DNA of 64,000 nt. Origin: Enoplolaimus lenunculus (taxonomy: Eukaryota). The translations under genes were made by a program, and so were the position numbers. This document shows positions 23,701 through 35,130 of this stretch, in pieces (the first letter of the stretch is position 1; each line of letters starts with the position of its first letter). The notes below the pieces were generated by a model that worked only from the letters and a program-made list of their open reading frames with translations, was not told the DNA's origin and made no database searches. Location: positions 186,001-250,000 of the forward strand of contig JASANG010002365.1 in NCBI GenBank assembly GCA_030248215.1. The letters are read 5' to 3'.

Positions 23701-26700
23701 TTGAAGTTTTCAAAAAACATACGGCAAGTTAAAATGTCGGAGCTGAATGTCAATTTTTTTGCCGAAGCCGGGTATACGTTCGCACACTAGTGTCAATCAA
23801 ATGCAACAAAATTTTAGGTGGAATGGTGTTGCGTTGCTCTCAGAACCAGCCAGGGGATGGGAATTTGCTAAAAGAAATGATAGCATTAGGCAACCACTTT
23901 TCAAATTTGAAACACTGGTAAAAAAATTCTTGCAAAAATAATATGTACACATTTGACACATTAATCGAATCACAGTGCATTTCAAGTTTTGACAATTCAT
24001 CAACATAAGGTGAAGGTGTATAGATACATTGGCGTATAGGTAAAGATTTCGCTGCGTTAGCAATAATTCAGAAACTATATATTACTAGGTGCAAGAGTGG
24101 ATAATCGCTATAACAAGAGTGTGTAACTGGGCACATTCTGTGAAGAAAATAATGTACCCGGCACACTCTACGTTTTTGGCCTACCCCCTTTTTAGAGGGG
24201 GTTCAACCCCATGACACTTTATGTATGCGGCATCAAACATGCTCCCCTTAGAGTTTAATTTAGAGGTATTCATGTGTTAATGACCACCCTTCTAAACAAG
24301 TGGTGGTCGGCGAAAAACGCAACGCCCGGTGGTACATTTTGTACCACTCGGGACCCCAAGATCTGCACACTCTTGTCATTATCCACTCTTGGTAGGAGTA
24401 ATGGTTAGACGAACAAACACATGTATATTAACACAAACATATTATTTAATGTCATAAAAATAAAGTAATGTTTAAATTTTTAATGCATTCTAATTTATTG
24501 ATTTGCAGACACCACTTGTTGTAATCGAAATTGTTGTGGTCCAGGTCGATCTTTTGATATGGTTATTCGCGATACCGAAGATAACCCGGTAATGCATGTC
24601 AAACGTCCCTGGCGACCTTGTGCTGGAGGCTGTTGTTGTTGCTCACCATGTTGTTTGAACGTAAGGTTTATTATTTCTGGTCGCGTTTTATTGCTTATAT
24701 AAATTACCAAAAAGGTGCCTTTGAAATATTAACATTCTGATTTCTACTATTAGAGGCACCAGGACCGCGTCAGAGATATGGCGACATAACCACTCATCGT
24801 ACAGAAACAAGTGTTATTAATGTTAGCTTATAGAGCGAAGCGAATGTCTTAACAAAGCTCGCAGTTTAGCTAAGCATTTTATGTTTTGCACTCGATGGTC
24901 GAAAGGTGGTGTCTGTCCGTTCAAAAAGAATCTCACAAACCGCGCCTAAATTGTGACTTTTTAAGTTATTTCACTAATTATTAGGGTTACATGCAATCTA
25001 ATTTAAGCAATAAATGATTTTTGGGTGCGCAGAATCTGAATAAATTGTCTACAAATCTTCAAAACCGTTGCATAAAATAGTTAGATAATGCCTAATTTGC
25101 ATATTTGCTTAATTGATAAGCCTAAATGAAGACTTTTCGCAACGCTTCACTAATTATTAGGGTTCTGAAGGGTTTTTGGGTGCGAGGAATCTGAATAAAT
25201 TGTTTACAAACCTTGAAAATCGATAAATGAATAGTTAACTAATGACTAATTTGCATATTAGCTTAACTGATAAGCCTAAATTGGATTCAGCGCCATCCTG
25301 GTTGTAAGCAATCAAATTCAGCACTAAAGAGTTTTCGGGTGCGAGGAATCCTATATTGTTTACCAGCCTCCAAAACCGATACTTGAATAGTTAGCTAATA
25401 CCTAATTTGCATATTAACTTAACTTATAAGCCTAAATTAGGACTTTTTAAATTATTTCATTGATTATAAGAATTACTGAAGGGTTTCTGAGTGCGAGCGA
25501 TCTGAATAAATAGTTTGTAAACCTCCAAAACCGATAATTAAATAGTTAGCAAATTGCTAATTTGCACATTAGCTTAATTAGTTTTGCCTAAATTAGACTA
25601 TTTAAATTATTTCACTGATTATTAGGGTTACAATAAAGTATTGTTTACAAGCCTTCAAAACCGATACTAGGAGTGTTCGCTAGTAGTTAATTTACATATT
25701 AGCTTAACTAATTAGCCAAATATGGAGTTTTTAAATTATTTCACTGAGGATTAGGGTTACTGAAGGGTATTTAGATGCGAGCAATTAAAATAAATTGTGT
25801 ATAACCCTTCAAGACCGATAATTAAATAGCTTGCTAATGGCTAATTTGCATATTAGCTTAATTAGTTCTGCCTAAATTAGGACTTTGTAAATTATTATTT
25901 CACTGATTATTAGAATTACAAGGAAACAAATTCAGTACTAAATGGTTTTGGGTGCGAGAAATCTGAATAAATTGTTTATAAACCTCCAAAACCGATCAGC
26001 GAATAGTCAACTAAAGTGTATCCGTTCTTGCTTTATAAGTTTGGAATGCTTAGCTAGACTGATCAAAAAGTAAGCATGTCCGAGCGTCGCTCAATGTAGT
26101 TCTACTACGACTGGTTCAACAACCCTTAGTATTGCGTTTTTATAAAACATATCTGTCTTGTTGTGTAACAGCTGGCATGTTACAGGCGGTTGACGTCGTC
26201 CTGCCAGGATCGAATCGTCGACTGGGCAGAATTCAAGAGCGATGGAGTTTTTGTGCTCCGAAATTTGAAGTGCAAGACGGAGACGGCAATGTTGTACTTT
26301 ACATCAAAGGACAGTGTTGCACATGTGTACTGCCATGTTTCAGAAAATGTCGTAGTATTAAATTCATGGTTAGTTTTCAGTAGATAATGTCTGGGTTGTC
26401 ATTTAAATGTCGAATTTTATACCCAGGTATGTAACTCTCGTGACTCATACGAATTCAGCAATATTATATTTCCAAACGTCTCATCTATCATTCAGTCAAG
26501 ATTGGCCCAGATTGTAAAACTAGGAATACAAACGCAACAAGCGCCATAGCGATCACAGCCCATGTAAAGATCAGTGGCGGAACGTTTTTCTATGGGACTA
26601 GAAAGTGTACGCTTAAGCTTTAGACTATTTTTTGCTCGACTTAGGCTTAGGCTTAGAAATATGCTCATTCTTACGCTTAAGCTTAGGCTTAGGCTTAGGA

Positions 26701-27556
26701 TTAGGAATATGCTTATAATACCGTTCCGCCCCCGTTCTTTACATTGGCCGGGATCACTGTGCAGTGTAAACTTAGTTGTGTCCATGACTCTACGTTTGGT
26801 CATTTCCAAACTAGAGGCTTTAGCGCATTGGTATTCATGTATGAAATTTGATATTAGTTTAACAAGAGCAATGTGTTTTTGTTGATTGAGTTCTATGTTG
26901 TCTGTTAGTTTTTGTTTACCAAGTGATCTTTGTCTTTTCAGGTAACTACAGCAAACACAGGTGAAAAAATAGGTGCAATTCGCAAGCAATGGAGCGGTTA
27001 CGGCAAAGAATTGCTAACAGACGCAGACGTATTTGGCGTTTCGTTTCCAGTCGATTTGGCAATCGCAACAAAAGCAACGCTGCTTGGTGCAACGTTTTTA
27101 ATCGTATGTGATTGATTTCATTGTTTTCAGTATTCTTCATTGATTGCAGAGTGTCGGACATTGCCGGGCTTCAGAAATAAATTTGAAGCTTAAAAACGAT
27201 GCTCGCCTGCATGAGACGGCGTTCGGCAGCATGCACCGAGCGCAGCGTTACCCTAAAGATTGCGCTACGCTTGCGCGTTGAAACTCTATGTGGTACCGTC
27301 TAGTAGTGGGTACGGCTATGCCATTTTATATCGTTCGCGGCCTAGTGAAATCAAAAAGTAGTCTTAGAAGTTTTATAACCTACAAACCATAGTTATTACT
27401 TTTTCTCTGAATAAAGTGAAATACGATAGTTAGAGCGTCAGAGGTATCAATTTTTGTAGAGAAACACTTTAACAAATGAGACGCTTGATTTGTGGGTTTG
27501 TATTTTAGGATTTTATGTTTTTCGAAAGTGATCCAAACAGCTCCGACGATGCTTGA
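20572..27556 (+). CDS. PLSCR: Phospholipid scramblase (PLSCR/SCRM family), paralogue 2; 7 exons, ~255 aa
   Basis: Exons 20572-20611, 22610-22714, 23193-23270, 24509-24660, 26186-26368, 26942-27103, 27509-27556 (768 nt). Intron positions and phases match paralogue 1. Motifs CETANRY, EDTTCCNRNCCGPGRSFDM, KQWSGYGKELLTDADVFGVSFPVDL, ATLLGATFLIDFMFFE. Confidence 0.92.
20650..21675 (-). mobile_element. 5'-truncated non-LTR retrotransposon 3' end (RNase H + C-terminal zinc knuckle) with (CAA)n tail
   Basis: ORF 20750-21448: CSYETELIAL, ICSDSRAAL, LQWVPGHIGLIGNETVDAAAK, LARLRAGHC, CCKC...DLNHWLIHCP. The upstream frame has RLKIRSSFR...EPPW. The (TTG)n run at 20650-20737 is the 3' tail. Confidence 0.9.
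21676..22350 (-). mobile_element. Second, more degenerate non-LTR retrotransposon 3' end with (CAA)n tail
   Basis: Frameshifted remnants including NLARFRTGHHP and a C-terminal Cys/His region. The (TTG/CTG)n run at 21676-21779 is the tail. Confidence 0.7.
24091..24392. mobile_element. Family G MITE
   Basis: CAAGAGTGGATAAT ... ATTATCCACTCTTGG with long internal inverted repeats. Confidence 0.65.
24813..26100. mobile_element. Helentron-associated (HINE/DINE-1-like) element with ~155-bp central tandem repeats
   Basis: Sub-terminal inverted motif AGCTAAGCATT / AATGCTTAGCT, a GTCTGTCCGT tract, ~6-7 tandem units (AATTTGCATATT recurs at ~25094, 25250, 25404, 25560, 25689, 25844) and a 3' mini-hairpin GAGCGTCGCTC before TAGTT. 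Confidence 0.6.
26557..26749. mobile_element. Family A MITE in scramblase-2 intron 5
   Basis: TIRs and TTAGGC repeats; 8-bp TSD with one mismatch (GCGATCAC / GGGATCAC). Confidence 0.85.
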
Positions 27557-28863
27557 TTTCAAGGTTCGCAAATCAGAATGTCTTGTTTTAAAAAAGAACG
27601 CTTGACAGGTTTGTTTGAAGACGGAAAATTGAATCTCAACTTGGTTTTCATAAAGTTTTTTTCAGTAATTTAATATATGTCGTTATCTGCACGCCGGCTT
27701 TACACAGTTATTATATCTATTCTCACAGCGACAAAATTGCTATATCCTATCACAGTATTAATATTGTTCGACATCCGGTTGCTTCGTGTACTGAAATGGA
27801 TTATATTAAATTTGCATTTATTCACGTCGTATATTCGTTGGAAAATACTTTAGCGCAGCATTTTACTGCTACTTATCGCGCTGGAGTTCTGCAAAATCAC
27901 AGAATTCGGTTGTGTGTGGTTTACAGAGTAATAATGGGATCAAAACCACTAAATATAAACTGCAGAAATAAGTTTGCAAAAAGCTGTGCAAAACCAGTGT
28001 TTGAAATAAAACGTATCAGTATTTCTGTCGGTTTAATCTTTTTATAGATATTTAATCGAATATTCAATTTTTTGCATTCAGGGATATTATTAATGTCCAA
28101 TGTGCTTGCATGTGCTTGCCTTTAGCTTTAACACTGTTCTCAATATGTTTCGTTCGAGTTTGTTATTATGTGTGCAATGAATCAAGTACATACAGCGATG
28201 TATCATTTTATTTTTAATCTGTTTGCTTAACTTAACTCAACCATAATGAATAATTATGGTTGAGTACTTAAGGTTTGTAGTCGCAGGTACGTGAGATAAC
28301 GTTAATCACGACATAAACAATGGTATTACTGTGCCTAACTAGACGAGTATTTACTGCTGGTGCCAATTGAACGTGCCAACTTAAACTGTCACAAGCTGGA
28401 AAAACAGATTTGGAATTATAGGTACACCGATAGTCACTTGGCAAGTATTAATCAAAGCCCCACTACAATTATTAAGCGCGGACTTTAGTTGACACTAGTC
28501 AAGTGACTAACGATGTATATTTCAAAAATCTGTCTTTCTAACCGCTCGCTCTTATCAACATCTGTTGGGCATTCGGGCGAAGGTTGCTGCAAAAAATTAC
28601 TGATTATGCACCTATGAGACAATGTTTTTTATCGATAAACTTTGGCTACGAGATGAAAACATCTGTAATAACGGGGAATTTTAATGTTCTTATTTACAGA
28701 CAATTTGTTCCCTGACAGAGAAGTTAACTTTTCTGAGATACCTTAAAGATAGTGTCGAATCTTGTTTCTGGATGTCTCAGTAAGGCCCGATGTGCTTCGT
28801 ATGAAACTTAACAGGTCTACAAAATGTAGTTGGTGAAAAATACCCGACCATATCCATTCCGTT

Positions 28864-29417
28864 CAGGGTGCGACCGGATATCCGGCTCCGGTTTGCTATC
28901 CGGCAAAAAACCCGCATCCGGTCCCGGTATCCGGTATAAACCTACCGGATCCTGGATTTCGGCGGTGATTTCGTAAATCTCAAATTATTGCAAATTATGT
29001 TGTGAGATGTTATGTTTTCGGTCCCATTATATGTAAGTATACAGTAGTACAACAGAACCGATAAGGTGTTTGAGCATACTTTGATTGTCCGAACATGATT
29101 TGGTTAGTAACATGGCGATTAGGGTATACATTTGTAAGATATACAGTATTTTGCTGTAATACTTCCGTGAGTTTTGTTAATTGTTAAGAGAAAAGATGAC
29201 AAATAAAGTAGAAATTTTTTTAAATTTACATTACGTTGGTGTATTCTGTGTTATTCCATGTCCTTTATGTTTGTTGCGACGATATCATATTTACTGACGC
29301 ATTAACGTGCTACAAATTGATTTATTTAAAAAACACACTATCCGGTTAACATCCGGTTCCGGTAAAAAATCACTACCCGGTTCCGGTATCCGGTTTTTGC
29401 GATCCGGTTGCACCCAG
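28864..29417. mobile_element. hAT-like non-autonomous element (CAGGGTGCGACCGG ends)
   Basis: CAGGGTGCGACCGGAT ... ATCCGGTTGCACCCAG; 8-bp TSD ATTCCGTT/ATTCCATT; subterminal CCGG repeats. Confidence 0.75.
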
Positions 29418-29661
29418 ATTCCATTGCCGCAGTACATATTTCTGTACTTATTGCTCCATTGAATATTAGTTTTGCAGCACTTGAAATCATCACGGGTGAA
29501 CTTTAATTGATACTGTTATCTTATAGGGATAACTTTAATTGATGGTTTAGAAGGAATTTAGTTGATCCAAGATCATTTAAAATCCAATCAATATAACGAT
29601 ATACCTATAAATCACTCCGCACAAAAATTTTGTTGCTTTTGAGCTCAAACTCTAAATTCTA

Positions 29662-29854
29662 CACTGCAAAAAATGGCGAGTCAAATTGACTCTCTCCGAA
29701 ATAGGCTTTTACACAAACTGAGTCAAAATTTGACTCCACCAGATTCAAATGCGGCTCAATTTGATTCTGGCGGAGTCGAATTTTGACTCAGTTGGTTGTG
29801 TCTGGAAAAGCCTATTTCGGAGAGAGTCAATTTGACGCACCATTTTTTGCAGTG
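29662..29854. mobile_element. Family C MITE
   Basis: TA|CACTGCAAAAAATGG ... CCATTTTTTGCAGTG|TA. Confidence 0.85.
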
Positions 29855-29903
29855 TATATCGTATTTAAATCACGCAATTTTTTTGTTACATATAGATATG
29901 TAG

Positions 29904-30201
29904 CAGGGTACAACCGGAGGTCTGCCTCCGGCTCCGGCAGACAATTAACTTCCGGTTCCGGTAGAATTTTTGCCATCTGTTTAGCGCGTTTCGTTGTACT
30001 TGTCACAACTTCCAGGAAAGAATTGCCGAAAATTCGCAGAAAATTTGTGTAAAATCAAACAACTTAGCAACATATTGCAGATATTGGCTAAAATTAACTA
30101 TAACTAACCGTCATTTTACTACCTAATTTCGCCTCACCTCCGGCTCCGGCAAGTTTCGTGGACCTCCGGCTTCGGTATTATTCACCTCGAGTTGCACCCT
30201 G
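29904..30201. mobile_element. hAT-like MITE (family E)
   Basis: CAGGGTACAACCGGAGGT ... GTTGCACCCTG; TSD ATATGTAG/ATATGTCG. Confidence 0.8.
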
Positions 30202-30354
30202 ATATGTCGCAATTGATCGATATATAATAAAAATGACGAAATTTATCTAAAATCTGAAAACATTTGTTTGCATTCGCTTTTTTGTTTTAAATTTTGCTTG
30301 TTGTCGCTTTGATTGAGAGCGGTCTATACTGTTTTATTGTGTATCAATTGTTTG

Positions 30355-30524
30355 GGCCAATGTAAAGAACAGGGGCGGAACAGTATTATAAGCATATGCC
30401 TAAGCCTAAGCGTAAGAATGAGCATATTCCTATTCCTAAGCCAAGCAAAAAATAGTCTAAATCTTAAGCTAACTCTTTTCTAGTTCCACAGAAAAACGTT
30501 CCGTCCCTGATCTTTACATGGGCC
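30355..30524. mobile_element. Family A MITE
   Basis: GGCCAATGTAAAGAACAGGGGCGGAAC ... GTTCCGTCCCTGATCTTTACATGGGCC with GCCTAA repeats. Confidence 0.85.
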
Positions 30525-31658
30525 ATGGTTGGCGACATTCAGATCTGTTATTTTTTTATATTTTTGTACATATTTTATGTAAATGGCTCGGGTTATATCC
30601 AGACACAAAAATTGGAGTGACACCGTTTTATTCCGACCATTTTCTAACATAAAAGAGTACTTTCAATACGTGAGTGTGCTGCTAAGTACGAATATAGGTA
30701 AACATACTAGCTTGAGTAATGGATCAAATTCTGTACTGAACATATTTTGGTCCAGGATATCCGTAATCAAATCTTTGATTTCCAAACCTCATGCCAATTT
30801 GGCTCCTCATATAATCTCCCCTGACAATTTCATTTAAATTGTTATTTTTTAAGCCTTGAATTCTTTCACTTTTTGTTATTTTTATGGAGTATACTGCGAA
30901 ACCAAAAGTGTATTTTCAACAGTTCGGAAATCTACCATTTTTGTGTACGTGAAAGCGACGCGCTGAGTTGAATTGCGTCATTTTTTGCGTTGGCTGACTG
31001 GTTTAGCATACTTTTACTATTAATTTTTAATTTCTTTTTATTAAAAGTAAAAACCAAGACAATGGCCCATGTTAACCTTGCTACCGTCTTAAAATCTCAC
31101 TGTTCCATGATAAGAATTTGTAATAGCAGGTGGAATGTTGGGATTTCGGAATATATATGGTCGAAGGAAGGATTGTGGGATTTTAGCATATGGTGAAGGT
31201 AAAGTACCTAGGATTTTGGGAATTTGGAATTTCGGAATATGGTCGCACGTGGTATTTTTGGCTTTGGGATATGGCACGGCCGAGGCAATGTTTTGTGTAA
31301 GACAAAGGCTAACGCAACGGCCGAAGTAAATATTTAAGCCATGCGCCACAGCCTACGCCTATACAACAAACCTAACTCTATTAAGCCGGACCTTTGCCTA
31401 AACCTAAGCCTTAGCCCAAACCTAAGGCTACGCAATAGGAATTGACTGCGATGAATACTATTGAAATCACAAAATGCAGGAATTTGTTCAATATTTTGAC
31501 TCGGGTATATAAATACAGAATTCCGTTTCATCTTCAGCTACTTTCGTGGTGAAACAATGCAAATTATTTCAAAAAATATTTAACACTATTCCAGATATTC
31601 GGTTATGTTTCTTTCACCATATCCACATATTTTTCAAATAGGGATATGCTGAGCCCAT

Positions 31659-32015
31659 CAGGGTGCAACCGGAGGTGAATGCCGGAGCCGGAAGTCAACG
31701 AAACTTGTCGGAACCGGAGGTCAACGAAACTTGCCGGAACCGGAGCCAGAGGTGAGGGGAAATTAGATAGTAAAATGATGGTTTAGTTAATTTTAGCGAA
31801 TATCTGCAATATATATGTTAAATTGTTCGGTTTTTTAATACGCTAATTTTCTGCTAAATTTCGGAAATTCTTTCCTGAAAAATGTGACAAAAGTAAAACG
31901 AAACGCGCTGAGCAGATGAATTTGGCAAAATTATGCAAAATTTTACTACCGAAATTGCCGGAACCTCTGGGAAAAATTTTACCGGAGCCGGAGGCAGACC
32001 TCCGGTTGTACCCTG
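31659..32015. mobile_element. hAT-like MITE (family E)
   Basis: CAGGGTGCAACCGGAGGT ... ACCTCCGGTTGTACCCTG. Confidence 0.8.
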
Positions 32016-32084
32016 GTGTCCATCTGTAGTTTTTACGCACTTATTCCCTAATTCGTGTCACTACAGGAAGCTCTTACTTAGGCT

Positions 32085-32256
32085 GGCCCATGTTACCTTA
32101 AGGGGCGTCCAGATTTCTGGTTGGTCCATAAAAGAGTCGAATTAGATTCCAGATTACATTTTTTACTTAGGCTTAGGAACTCATATTTACAACGCTTAGG
32201 CATAGGCTTAGGAATACACTTAACCTACTGTTACGCCCCTTAAAGTAACATTGGCC
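32085..32256. mobile_element. Family B MITE
   Basis: GGCCCATGTTACCTTAAGGGGCGT ... ACGCCCCTTAAAGTAACATTGGCC with TTAGGC units. Confidence 0.8.
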
Positions 32257-32920
32257 CTTTTAGGCTTATACTTAGGAATATATAAGCTTTCGCTATATAT
32301 TTTATGCTTTTTGTTTTACATTTTGCCAAATAAACATAAAACGGCTATATCATGGTGTATATGCTGTTATATAATCGGTATGGTTGGCATTTCAATGGCT
32401 TTTTTAACACGACACTCATGTTTCGTGGAGATTTTGCACTATCCATTACGCATACCAGGGTGTAACCGGTGGTGAAAAATACCGGAGCCGAAACTATGCG
32501 GGGATCCTGTTATAACTATGGGGCGGCGCGGCTGCTCTCAAGTTATCGTATACACGAAGCCACTAGCCATCTTTCTTAAACAATATTACGGGGCATTGGG
32601 CATTTGCGAACTTATGCGATATTTCATTACCAATATGCTGCAATATTGTTCCACTCAAATCTTAAAGTAATTATTGTTTGGTCTGTTTTTCTGTGGGACT
32701 GCAACAGAGTAAGCTTAAGCTTTAGGCTTTTTTTTTGCTTGGCTTTAGGAACATGGTCATTGTTTACACTTAGGCTTAGACTTAGGAATAAATCCGGTGA
32801 ATATTCATATTCCTCAGTTGCATGCAGTGTGCAACCGGACGTGAAAAACATCGGAGCCGGAGGTCAATGAATATTGCCGGAACCAGAAGTGGAACAAAAT
32901 TAAGCAATAGTACAGTAGAG

Positions 32921-33606
32921 CAGGGAACAACCGGAGGTCTGCCTTCCGGCAGAAAATCGGCCTCCGGCTCCGGTAGAAGTTTTGCCGGAGGTTCCGGCAA
33001 TTTCGGTAGTACCTAATCTTTTTTGCAGGATTTAGCAAAATTTATGTTTAATTTGCTTCGCTTCACTTTTGTCACAATTTTCAGAAAAGAATTTCCAAAA
33101 TTTCTCAGAAATTTAACGGAAAACCAAACAACTTAACAACATATTGCAGATATTGGCTAAAATTAACTAATTAACTCATTTTTACTACATAATTTTCCCT
33201 CACCTCCCGGTATTTTTCATCTCCGGTTGCCCCCTGGCAGCAGGGTGCAACCGGAGGTGAAAAATATCGGAGCCAGTGGTCAGCGAAACTTGCCGAAGTC
33301 AGAGGTGAGGTGAAATTAGCCAGTAAAAATGATGGTTAATTAGTTAATTTTAGCCAATATCTGCAATATGTTAAGTTGTTTGATTTTACGCTATTTTTCT
33401 GCGAAATTTCGGAAATTCTTTCTTGAAAATTGACAACAGTAAAAGGAAACACGCTAAAACAGATAAATTTTGCAATATGCAAAATGTTATTACTATACCG
33501 AAATTGCCAGGACCTCCGGCAAACATTCTACCAGAGTCGGAGGCCGATTTTCTGCCGGAGCCGGAGGCCGATTTTCTGCCGGAGCCGGACCTCCGGTTGT
33601 ACCCTG
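32921..33606. mobile_element. Two family E hAT-like MITEs in inverted orientation (32921-33236 and 33241-33606)
   Basis: Each has CAGGG..CCCTG ends. Their interiors are reverse complements separated by 4 nt. Confidence 0.8.
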
Positions 33607-33940
33607 CTGGTTATGGGTCATATACGTTATACTGTCTAGGCTACTGCAAAAATTTATATATACTCATCCCAGTCCCTAAGTTCCTTCTGCAGTGTTATCT
33701 AATACAGTCTATTCGACGGTATTTTTAGCGATTGTACAGTGTCCGAAGGGCCCCTTATTGTTAGTGTCCACATTGTTCTTACTCTCTTCGAAGGGACTAC
33801 CGGTAAAACGCAATAAAGTATTTAAAGATTGCTTTGTACTGCCATGGCAGCCAAGTGTGTGGACTGTTTGTACAGCAGCGTAATTTGGACGACCCATAAC
33901 TATACACACAAAACACGTTTTCTTATATTAAAGAAATATT

Positions 33941-34093
33941 GGCCCATGCATGTAGAACAGGGCCGGAACAGTAGCATAAGCATATTCGTAAGCCTAAGCG
34001 TATGAATGAGCCTATTAGTAAGCCTAAATCAAAAAATTAGTCTAAGATTAGAGCCCCTCCTAAAACGATCCGGCCCTGTTCTATACATGGGCC
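33941..34093. mobile_element. Family A MITE
   Basis: GGCC...GGCC ends with a perfect 8-bp TSD GAAATATT. Confidence 0.9.
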
Positions 34094-35130
34094 GAAATAT
34101 TTGTTAAATGCAAAACATTTATGTCTTAATCTAGACTTCAGACACACATTTCTTGAATGCAAAACATTAGTTTCTGAAATTTTTCAATATCTGTGAAATT
34201 TTCAACACATATCTATTTAAGAACGCATTGCATACAAGACAATTATGCCTGAAATATAAGACAAATATGTCTGAAATAAGACTTGTTGATTTTGTATGTT
34301 ATGCCTTAGAAACGAGATTTGACAGAGAAGCCACCTTCAAAATTGGGAGGTAAGCTCAACCAAATTAACTAATTTTACAACCTACGTCCAAGTCGTAAAC
34401 TTAGGTTGGGGAACATGAGCTCAACCCGAAATATCTTTGAAACTTGATTGAGGTAAGCTCAACCAAATTGACTAATTTTACAAGCTATGCGTCCAAGTTT
34501 ATATACTCTGAAGAATATAGACGAAGCAATTTTTTACATGCATAAAAATCAGAAAATAAATTCTTGAATATAAGGCAACTATTTCTGGAAAATTTGTTTC
34601 TTGTGTATTGTTGCAATTTCTTGGACATAAGATATTTATGTTTTAATCATTTCAGACATAAAATGTCTGAGCTGTTTAAGGCTGCTGTCTGAAATACAAG
34701 AAATTATCGTCAAGAAAATTTAAGAAAGTTGGAGTCTTGAAATATCAAGACAATTTATTTTGTGTGTAGTATTGGCAGAAAAATAAAACTTCTGAAAGTT
34801 TAGTAGACTTTCCTCGGAAAAATTGCACAAAAGTTCTAAAGAATATTTTAAATTTGCTTCGATACCTCTTGTCCACTTAAATACTGGCTTCAAAACATTA
34901 AAATCACTCATCAGCACTCACTTCGAGTAAATTACAACACGATACCACAGGCATACCCTAAATCCAATAAACGCTTCGAAACTTAACCACAAAAATTTTT
35001 ACTGCGCAACGGTAAACAATAATTCAACAACAAACAAATACTTGCAGAATTTAAGAAACGAAACCATCAATGTCTGCAGTCAGACATAACTTTGCCATTC
35101 ATTTAAATCAAAGTGAGCACTAGTAATAGT

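Noticed and set aside
27600..35000. Short ORFs (60-100 aa) between scramblase 2 and RACK1
   Set aside because: They overlap MITEs or AT-rich sequence, with no recognisable domains or consistent exon chain.
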